33,901 bases of DNA, taken from the NCBI GenBank assembly GCA_016180375.1, contig JACPBJ010000064.1:1-33901 (forward strand), given 5' to 3'. Below, one piece after another: positions 24,526 through 31,356 of the stretch. Numbering within the stretch: position 1 is the stretch's first letter; each line of letters starts with the position of its first letter. Below the pieces are notes generated by a model. That model was not told the origin of the DNA. It did no database searches and was given only the letters and a program-made list of their open reading frames with translations. The position numbers and the translations under genes were made by a program. The stretch is from Nitrososphaerota archaeon (GTDB lineage: Archaea; Thermoproteota; Nitrososphaeria; Nitrososphaerales; UBA57).

Positions 24526-25840
24526 TTTCTCCAATCTTTTCTTTTACGAAGTCAACAAATTTTGGATGCTCCTCATCGACTATCTCAAAACGCACTCTGT
24601 AAACTGGCTTTGTGATTTTGATCAGTCTCCTCAGATCTGCTGGTGTTCCCAGCACTATAGCGTCGCATTCAACATTCTGGATTGAGTATTCAAGATCTTT
24701 TATCTGACCTTCGCTGTATCCCAAAGCTGGAAGAAGAGGCCCTATGTGCTTGTACTTCTGGAAGGTTTCGGCTATCGTCCCCACAGCGTATTTTCTCGGA
24801 TCGACTAGAGATGCCCCTGCATTTCTTGCCGCCGATGCGCCGACACCCTCCGGAAGCCCTCCATGAGTTATGGTAGGACCATCTTCGACTACTAGCACTC
24901 TTTTGTTACGGAGAGATTCTCTAGCATCGAGTTTGGGCTCCGATCTTGCCCTGAATATTGGTGCAGAGGAATTTAGAGCTTTGCAAGTTTCTATGGCGTT
25001 CCTGATCTGTTCTTTTGAGGCAACATTGCACTTGTTGACCACTATTGCGTCTGCCATTCTGATGTTAATTTCTCCGGGATAGAACATTGTCCCATGACCT
25101 GCCCTCAGAGGGTCTACAACAGCAATTGTCAGCGAAGGTCTGTAAAAAGAATAGTCATTATTCCCTCCATCCCAGATTATGATTTCCCCTTCTCTCTCAG
25201 CAGTTGTCAGAATTTGCTGATAATCAACACCTGCAAGCACTGCATCCCCCCTGTCAAGATGCTGCTCGTATTCCTCTCTCTCCTCTATGGTCGCTCTGTA
25301 TTTTTTGAGGTCTGCATGGGTGCGGAATATTTGGACTGCTTGCGAGAGATCGCCGTATGGCATTGGATGCCTAACAATTGCATACTTGATTCCCATTTCT
25401 TTTGCAATATCAACAACCTTTCTGGAGACGCTGCTCTTCCCCGCACCACTCCTTGATGCAACTACTGCGATGACAGGCTTATTCGAAGCTATCATAGTAT
25501 CTTCGGGTCCAAGAAGATGGAATGATGCTCCTTCTGCGATTGCTATTGACGCTAACTTCATCAGCTCGTTATAGGAAACATCGCTATAGGAGAAGAATAC
25601 ATCATTGACGGCATGCTTCTTTATCAGCTCTGGAATCTCCTTCTCGCTGAAGACGGGAATCCCTTCTGGATACAGAGGACCGGATAGCGATGCCGGGTAT
25701 CTCCTCTCTTCAATGAATGGAATTTGTGCCGCTGTGAATGCAACAACCCTGTAGTTGGGGTTATTTTTGAAAAAGACGTTAAAATTATGGAAGTCTCTTC
25801 CGGCAGCACCAACAATTATCGCATTCCTGACCTTAGCCAA
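24515..25840 (-). CDS. COG2403-type P-loop GTPase, the family that contains cyclic 2,3-diphosphoglycerate synthetase
   Basis: N-terminal GAAGRDFHNFN..YRVVAFTAAQIP, Walker A ASRSGAGKSS. TTG start. 3' end overlaps apgM by 11 nt. Confidence 0.7.
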   Translation of the reverse strand: MAKVRNAIIVGAAGRDFHNFNVFFKNNPNYRVVAFTAAQIPFIEERRYPASLSGPLYPEGIPVFSEKEIPELIKKHAVNDVFFSYSDVSYNELMKLASIAIAEGASFHLLGPEDTMIASNKPVIAVVASRSGAGKSSVSRKVVDIAKEMGIKYAIVRHPMPYGDLSQAVQIFRTHADLKKYRATIEEREEYEQHLDRGDAVLAGVDYQQILTTAEREGEIIIWDGGNNDYSFYRPSLTIAVVDPLRAGHGTMFYPGEINIRMADAIVVNKCNVASKEQIRNAIETCKALNSSAPIFRARSEPKLDARESLRNKRVLVVEDGPTITHGGLPEGVGASAARNAGASLVDPRKYAVGTIAETFQKYKHIGPLLPALGYSEGQIKDLEYSIQNVECDAIVLGTPADLRRLIKITKPVYRVRFEIVDEEHPKFVDFVKEKIGEIRK

Positions 25841-25937
25841 ACTTTGCCTAGATGCCTTCTCCTTGGGAGCTAATATGCCTTGAACTGCAGAGTCAATATC
25901 AGAAGGCTTTTACTAATGTTCTTGGTATTAGGAATGT

Positions 25938-26483
25938 TTGTCCCAACTCAAAACCTTGGAACTAGGCACGGAAGCCCCCGAATTTAATGATCTGCTGGGC
26001 GTGGATGGAAAAAAGTATTCTCTAAAAGACTTTGACAAGCCGATTCTTGCCGTAATTTTCAGCTGCAATCATTGCCCGTATGTTCAAGCTTATGAGGAGA
26101 GAATGATTTCGATAGCCAGAGATTATGCGCCGAAGGGTGTACAAATCGTAGCGATAAACTCCAACGATGCAAAGACTTACCCCGAGGATGATTACAAGTA
26201 CATGGTTGAGAGAGCCAAAAACAAAGGCTTCAATTTTCCATATCTTAGAGACGAGGAGCAGAGCGTCGCCACCGCATATGGAGCCGTATGTACCCCTCAC
26301 GTCTTTGTATTTGACAAAGAAAGGAAGCTCAGGTATCAGGGAAGAATTGATGACAACAGGGACGCAAAGTCAGTTAGCTCGCATGATCTGAGAAATGCGC
26401 TTGACGACCTCTTGACAGGGAGAGAAGTCAGAGTGCCTCGCACTAGACCATTTGGCTGCAGCATAAAGTGGTTCAGGATGTAA
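25938..26483 (+). CDS. Thioredoxin-fold redoxin (AhpC/TSA-like) with a CxxC active site
   Basis: FSCNHCPYV and C-terminal GCSIKW, typical of this thiol-disulfide oxidoreductase family. Confidence 0.75.
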   Translation: MSQLKTLELGTEAPEFNDLLGVDGKKYSLKDFDKPILAVIFSCNHCPYVQAYEERMISIARDYAPKGVQIVAINSNDAKTYPEDDYKYMVERAKNKGFNFPYLRDEEQSVATAYGAVCTPHVFVFDKERKLRYQGRIDDNRDAKSVSSHDLRNALDDLLTGREVRVPRTRPFGCSIKWFRM

Positions 26484-26645
26484 GTCATGCAACAGAGTAT
26501 GAATTAAAGATGTTAAGGATTCTACTTACAAAGAAAGGCTAGTCGGTCTCTGGACAAAAGCCGATTCCATTACATATTTCGATAACTTCTCAGTAGAGGG
26601 ACAGTAGGTCAAACATTTTATCCTAGCAATTAAGAGCGTAGTAGG

Positions 26646-26879
26646 ATGCCAAAGGCTTACGTGCTGATAAATACAGATCCAGAGGTCGAAGAGGAGTTCA
26701 TAAATACGCTGAAGAATACAGAAGGGGTCACCGAAGCAAGCTCGGTATACGGAATTTACGACTTTGTAGCAAAGGTTGAAGCTTCGTCAATGGAAAAGGT
26801 CAAGGAAATAATAACTTGGAAGATACGGCGTTTGAAGAACGTAAGGGCTACGATTACGCTTGTAAGTGTTGAAGATTAG
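26646..26879 (+). CDS. Stand-alone Lrp/AsnC ligand-binding (RAM) domain protein
   Basis: 77 aa. AYVLI........F...L....[17 protein letters not shown] pattern of the RAM domain without an HTH. Confidence 0.7.
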   Translation: MPKAYVLINTDPEVEEEFINTLKNTEGVTEASSVYGIYDFVAKVEASSMEKVKEIITWKIRRLKNVRATITLVSVED

Positions 26880-27229
26880 CCAAGAAGCATTTTGATGGCT
26901 ATGTTTTGATGCCTCCCGTCTGGGAGCAGTCTCCTTATCGAAATTGGCAACGCGCCGCTCTCCAGCTCCATCGACGCTATCGTGATTGGATCTCTAACAG
27001 TATTCGGCAGAGGTACGAAGGGAGGAGCTCCATAGGACAGCTGAAGGGCGCGGGTTCCGATGATTCTTGCCTTTTCGAACCTAGTGAGCTTTGGAGGGCC
27101 TACTTGTACTGCCGTTCCCTTTATTTCATCCCTAGTAACAGTAACAAGCTTCCTTTTGACTCTAGGCTCTGGCGGCGGTTTAACTTTCTTCTTTCTTGGA
27201 GCTGCGCGCTTCTTGGTCTTTGTAATCAT
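26876..27229 (-). CDS. rpoK: RNA polymerase subunit K (Rpo6/Rpb6) with a basic N-terminal extension
   Basis: Core [25 protein letters not shown]. Preceded by about 47 Lys/Arg/Pro-rich residues with no internal alternative start. Confidence 0.8.
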   Translation of the reverse strand: MITKTKKRAAPRKKKVKPPPEPRVKRKLVTVTRDEIKGTAVQVGPPKLTRFEKARIIGTRALQLSYGAPPFVPLPNTVRDPITIASMELESGALPISIRRLLPDGRHQNIAIKMLLG

Positions 27230-27290
27230 GATAGAGCATATCCTCTAGAAGAGGAGCGAGGCTATTTTGCTTGAATAATAAGTATTATGC

Positions 27291-27378
27291 CTTTTCGCAC
27301 GTATGCACACGCTTGACCCTAGTATAAGGGGGATAGCACGCCCCTGCGCAAAACTAGTCCGGGGGATGCAATATAAAG
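27291..27378 (-). repeat. Intergenic repeat family, copy C (modules a-b), between divergent rpoK and the cyclophilin-like gene
   Basis: The reverse strand reads CTTTATATTGCATCCCCCGGACTAGTTTTGCGCAGGGGCGTGCTATCCCCCTTATACTAGGGTCAAGCGTGTGCATACGTGCG. 36/44 ungapped identities to copy B over module a (counted by hand). Confidence 0.6.
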
Positions 27379-27401
27379 AAAGCAACTAAAAACTTAACAG
27401 A

Positions 27402-27806
27402 ATGCATTTTTTGGTGCTTGTGTTGTCATCAGTTTCTAAGATAGGGTTAAGGGCAGTTTTTGCCGGCAAGGGAGAGGCGAAGATCAACATCTATAGGCAT
27501 CTATCTCCTGTTACGGTTAGCAGCATGCAGCGAATGAATGTCTTGGCAGGCAGGATTACAAGGTTTCAGGACACTTTCATCTACGCTCCGCTCGGTGTAG
27601 GGGTCGGTGTTGAGAAAGCGAAGAAGCAGTTCAAGAGAGGAGAGGTTGCGTTCATGTCATCTACTGGCGCTGTATGTTTCTTCCTCAAGGACGCGAATGT
27701 TGGCGTAGGGATGAACCCTCTTGGTGAAGTCGTTTCCGGAATGGAGATAATTGATAAGTGCGGCGCTGGCGATACAGTTCAATTAATAGAAGAGAAAAGC
27801 ATTTGA
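27402..27806 (+). CDS. Cyclophilin-like (TM1367/PF04126-like) protein, hypothetical
   Basis: The pattern RGEVAFMSSTGAVCFFLKD....MNPLGEVVSGMEIIDKCGAGDTVQL resembles the cyclophilin-like family. The start may be a few codons downstream. Confidence 0.45.
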   Translation: MHFLVLVLSSVSKIGLRAVFAGKGEAKINIYRHLSPVTVSSMQRMNVLAGRITRFQDTFIYAPLGVGVGVEKAKKQFKRGEVAFMSSTGAVCFFLKDANVGVGMNPLGEVVSGMEIIDKCGAGDTVQLIEEKSI

Positions 27807-27828
27807 TTAGCTCGATGGTATCCTAGAC

Positions 27829-28035
27829 ATGGACGCGCAGAGTAAGATCAGAATTATTGATACTCTTTCCTTTGTAGTTGCGATAATAGCATTCGTTGGC
27901 ATCGGCTACATACTGTTTACAGACAATTTTCAGTTCTTCTTTAACTGGAAACTCATTGTGTGGGTCGGCATAATTTCAGCCATCAGTTTCATTTTAGTTA
28001 GAAAGAGACAGAACATCTTCGCAGAAACGCTCTAG
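27829..28035 (+). CDS. Small two-TM membrane protein, hypothetical
   Basis: 68-aa ORF with two hydrophobic helices. Confidence 0.4.
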   Translation: MDAQSKIRIIDTLSFVVAIIAFVGIGYILFTDNFQFFFNWKLIVWVGIISAISFILVRKRQNIFAETL

Positions 28036-28877
28036 GTTCTTGCAAGGTTAAGGATTGCCAGAGTCGCAACTATAGCCTCTTCAGTCCTAACTGTTTCGAC
28101 TGCCTGCTTCGGGATAGTGTTCAGAATTACCGAATTTGGAGGGGGGCTGAAGCGTTCGTGTTCCAAGATTTCAGGAAGCCCGTGCTTTGGAGAACCGAAG
28201 ACAACCAATGTGTTTTGTGCTCCCCCAATTCTATATGTTAGCGTGTTCCACCGCTCTTGAATGTTGTCGCCCTTTCTAGAGGTAAGAATTGCGAAAGCAG
28301 GCTTAAGACTGTTAAAGAGCTCACGGAGGCTCGAGTAAGCCTTGACCGAATAGCCCCAATAACTCCCAATGCTACTTCTGTCGATGATGCTCGCCGACAA
28401 GCCATTTCCTACGGATTCTATGCGCACTGTAACTCTTTGATTAGATGTTGCATCCCCCGATAAAGCAACATAATTCCTCAGCCCAACATCTGCGAAAAGT
28501 TTCCCGTCTTTTCTTATAACGATTCCATCTCGAATATCTCCAACCCTTACCTTGGATTCATCTGCAGCTACAAGATGGCTTGGTATGCGTAAGGGAGGCA
28601 AAAGCCCTGCAAACCGCAAATCTTCTGAGATTGGGTAAACTCTCTTGCGCAGGTATTGAGGAAGTTCTAGATACTCCAGTATTAGCTTGAGAAATTTTGT
28701 TTCATCTTTGGACTTGCCTGCAACCCCATATACGCAAATCTTAGCAACAGCAAAGATCGCCGCAGCTCTCGCTATCATGCCTATCTTCTCGGTCTTTTCT
28801 CTAAGAGTGGAACAATCCTCTAGCACGATGGATGGTATTGCAAACCAGAAATCTGGGCACACTACTTGAGTGGTCAA
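28032..28877 (-). CDS. SPOUT-superfamily putative RNA methyltransferase (DUF171/PF02598)
   Basis: FAIPSIVLED..TLREKTEKIGMIARAAAIFAV and C-terminal LVVFGSPKHGLPEIL match the DUF171 signature. Confidence 0.7.
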   Translation of the reverse strand: MTTQVVCPDFWFAIPSIVLEDCSTLREKTEKIGMIARAAAIFAVAKICVYGVAGKSKDETKFLKLILEYLELPQYLRKRVYPISEDLRFAGLLPPLRIPSHLVAADESKVRVGDIRDGIVIRKDGKLFADVGLRNYVALSGDATSNQRVTVRIESVGNGLSASIIDRSSIGSYWGYSVKAYSSLRELFNSLKPAFAILTSRKGDNIQERWNTLTYRIGGAQNTLVVFGSPKHGLPEILEHERFSPPPNSVILNTIPKQAVETVRTEEAIVATLAILNLART

Positions 28878-28945
28878 ATCAAAGCGGAAATAACTTTAGC
28901 TGTTGCGAAAATGGTTATCTATCTCTATTGCATTGAATTTCCTGA

Positions 28946-29308
28946 ATGGAAGCAGACAAAGATCTAGAGATCATCACTGCCAAGAAGATGCGGGAACTCA
29001 GAAAGAAGATTGCACAAGCGGCAGAGCCAAAGCAGAATACACCTAGAGACGTTCTTGTTTCAAGGTTGGTTGATAGGGGAGTCGAAGTTTTGGAGGCAGG
29101 CGAGAGAGCTTATCCAAAGGAGATGAAGATGATAGTCGAAAAGCTTGCTGAGCTCGTACAAAAAGGTGTAATCACCTATTACATTTCCGGTGGCGAATTA
29201 CTTTCATTAATGCGAACGTTGGGGCTTCATGTTTCTGTTCCTACCAGAATTGCCATTTCTGATCATGGCAAATTAATTTCTCTTGCAGACAAGCTAAAGG
29301 AAAAGTAG
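28946..29308 (+). CDS. PDCD5/TFAR19-like dsDNA-binding protein
   Basis: AKKMRELRKK followed by VLVSRLVDRGVEVLEAGERAYPKEMKMIVEKLAELVQKGVI resembles MTH1615-type PF01984. Confidence 0.5.
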   Translation: MEADKDLEIITAKKMRELRKKIAQAAEPKQNTPRDVLVSRLVDRGVEVLEAGERAYPKEMKMIVEKLAELVQKGVITYYISGGELLSLMRTLGLHVSVPTRIAISDHGKLISLADKLKEK

Positions 29309-30643
29309 CTACTCCTCTGCCTTTGGAGGAGGCGCGTTTGGTGCGGCTGCCTTTGCCTTGGGCGTTATCGTGGTGAATTTTGATGCAAGAACCTTCTGCA
29401 GCATCTCTTCGGAGAGCTTGAATTCGTCAAAGAATTCCTTAAGCTTTGGCTCGAGTATTTGTTTATCATCGTTCGTAAGTTCTCCATATCGCACATTCAA
29501 TTGCATCGTATACTTGCCCTCATAGAACCTCTTCACCCTTGGTATGATTTCTGCAGGAAGCTCTGTTCGCAGGTAATCGAGCGAGATTTCATCCTTCGCT
29601 TGCATGCGCTTGAACGTCTCCATATCCAACTTGCCTTCAACTGTAAGAAATTCAAGATAGTTTAGCACATCAGTCTTTGGAGGAGCAAGGCCGATGGAAT
29701 CCTGCCTGACCCTTCCGCGAATGTACATCTTCCCTCCCAGCATGCCTGTAGCAACAAAACTTCCTACGAGCTGGCCGTTGTAGTCTTTGTCCAGAGCGTC
29801 AAGACCTAGAACTAGAGCTATCCCTCCTGCCATATACTCGCCAAAGTAATCATCTGCTCTCCCCCCAATGATAGCCCATGGTTTTGAATCCCTGTATTCC
29901 CTCATTTGTATGACGGCTCTGTTTCCCACGTTACCCCTCACGAAGATGTGACCGCCCTGAAGCGCCTGTCCAAGAACATCTCGACCATCGCCGTGTATGA
30001 TAATCTTGCCAGAATACATGGCATCACCTATGTCGTCCTCACCATTCCCATAGACGATTATTTCTCCTCCTTTGTTGAAATTGCCCAGACAGTTGCCAGG
30101 TGTGCCGTATAACGTAAGCCTTCCACCAACAGGCAGATTGACTCCCATGTATCTCTGCCCGCTCACATTTGCTACGTGAACTTCCTTCTCTCCAGACTTG
30201 AAGCGTTCCAGAATTATCTGGTTTAATTCGTGATAATCAATTCCTGTGGCATCAATAAGCTCGGGAACTGCTGGCCTTTCTTGTGTGATAGAAATTAGAC
30301 TCGTATCGGTCTCTGGGAAGAAGTAATCCCTGTCACTTCTACCAGTTTCAATGATGCCCCTCTTCATAGAAGCGAGTACGAACCTTCCCGGCTCTGGCGT
30401 CCATACTCTAGCCTCAGGAGAAATCCTCCTGATCTGGCACTCCTCGCTTGCCATGTAGATGCGCTCTTTATCCTCTCCAATCACAATTGGTCTGAACTTT
30501 GACCTGTCGATCAAGCCCAGCATGTAAGCATCTTCACCATCGGTATAGCCAGCAATGACTGTGAAGGGACCATCAAGTTGCGCCCCCTTGTATCCTAGTA
30601 TGAGTTTTCTTATCGTTCTGGCAAATGTCTTATCCCCGGCCAT
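29309..30643 (-). CDS. gltB: Glutamate synthase: C-terminal part of the class-II amidotransferase domain fused to the GXGXG beta-helix domain (GltB domain 3) plus an unassigned tail of about 100 aa
   Basis: DGPFTVIAGYTDGE..GLIDRSKFRPIVIG..IYMASEECQI (end of the GATase-2 fold). Then the GXGXG repeats LYGTPGNCLGNFNKGGEIIVYGNGEDDIGDAMYSGKIIIHGDGRDVLGQALQGGHIFVRGNVGNR. Confidence 0.8.
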   Translation of the reverse strand: MAGDKTFARTIRKLILGYKGAQLDGPFTVIAGYTDGEDAYMLGLIDRSKFRPIVIGEDKERIYMASEECQIRRISPEARVWTPEPGRFVLASMKRGIIETGRSDRDYFFPETDTSLISITQERPAVPELIDATGIDYHELNQIILERFKSGEKEVHVANVSGQRYMGVNLPVGGRLTLYGTPGNCLGNFNKGGEIIVYGNGEDDIGDAMYSGKIIIHGDGRDVLGQALQGGHIFVRGNVGNRAVIQMREYRDSKPWAIIGGRADDYFGEYMAGGIALVLGLDALDKDYNGQLVGSFVATGMLGGKMYIRGRVRQDSIGLAPPKTDVLNYLEFLTVEGKLDMETFKRMQAKDEISLDYLRTELPAEIIPRVKRFYEGKYTMQLNVRYGELTNDDKQILEPKLKEFFDEFKLSEEMLQKVLASKFTTITPKAKAAAPNAPPPKAEE

Positions 30644-30645
30644 CT

Positions 30646-31356
30646 CTACGCTGTGCTCGTAGTTCCTACAAGGCTGCCTACTCCCCGAGATTTCAGGAAC
30701 TGGATGTTCGCGCCAAATGAACTGATGTCTCCATTGTGAACTATCGCAGTGTCAAAAGAGGCAAATGGATGCGACCAAATTGGAAACGCGCCTGGAGAAT
30801 TGGTAGGCTGCCTAGTATGGGCAATCCACATATCGCCAAAGGTTTCTTTGTCAAGCAGACCGCATTCTTTTGCAACATCCATCGGATACCCTACATCTTT
30901 GTAGACCTGAACATATTTGCCGAAGGAGTATATCCTGCCCCGAATTACTCCATCAGAGAGAATCTCAGCATTGACGGTATTTACAGCCTGTGAGAGAACT
31001 CTTTCTGATGCGATTGCAACTTTGGCCTTCCATACCCCAAATCTCTTGGGGCTGAAGTTGGGCTCATTCTCGGAGTCTATGGAGACGCCTCTAAAACTCT
31101 CTAGCCTCTTCTTCAGCTGCTTTACGGTTTCTTGACCATCTGCAAATGCCTTGATCGTGTAAAGCTCTCCACTCTTTTCATCGGTATGGAAGTTTGCGAA
31201 TCCTGCTCCGAAAGCACTACCCCTGAATCTGACGCAGTCAATTGCCTTCACAGCGACGCTACTCGGAATTTGTTGAGCCCCATGCTTCCTTAGAACTCCG
31301 AATACTCCGCAGTCATCCTTCATGTGAGGATCTGTGTCAGGGAAAAGCGTGAACAT
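30646..31356 (-). CDS. gltB: Glutamate synthase: N-terminal part of the class-II (Ntn) glutamine amidotransferase domain (GltB domain 1), ending prematurely
   Basis: Catalytic Cys in DDCGVFGV, then AHTRQPT, IVHNGDISSF. The ORF stops where an SDSE-like motif is expected, and the fold continues in the next ORF in the -1 frame. The start overlaps the upstream stop (TAATG). Confidence 0.8.
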   Translation of the reverse strand: MFTLFPDTDPHMKDDCGVFGVLRKHGAQQIPSSVAVKAIDCVRFRGSAFGAGFANFHTDEKSGELYTIKAFADGQETVKQLKKRLESFRGVSIDSENEPNFSPKRFGVWKAKVAIASERVLSQAVNTVNAEILSDGVIRGRIYSFGKYVQVYKDVGYPMDVAKECGLLDKETFGDMWIAHTRQPTNSPGAFPIWSHPFASFDTAIVHNGDISSFGANIQFLKSRGVGSLVGTTSTA

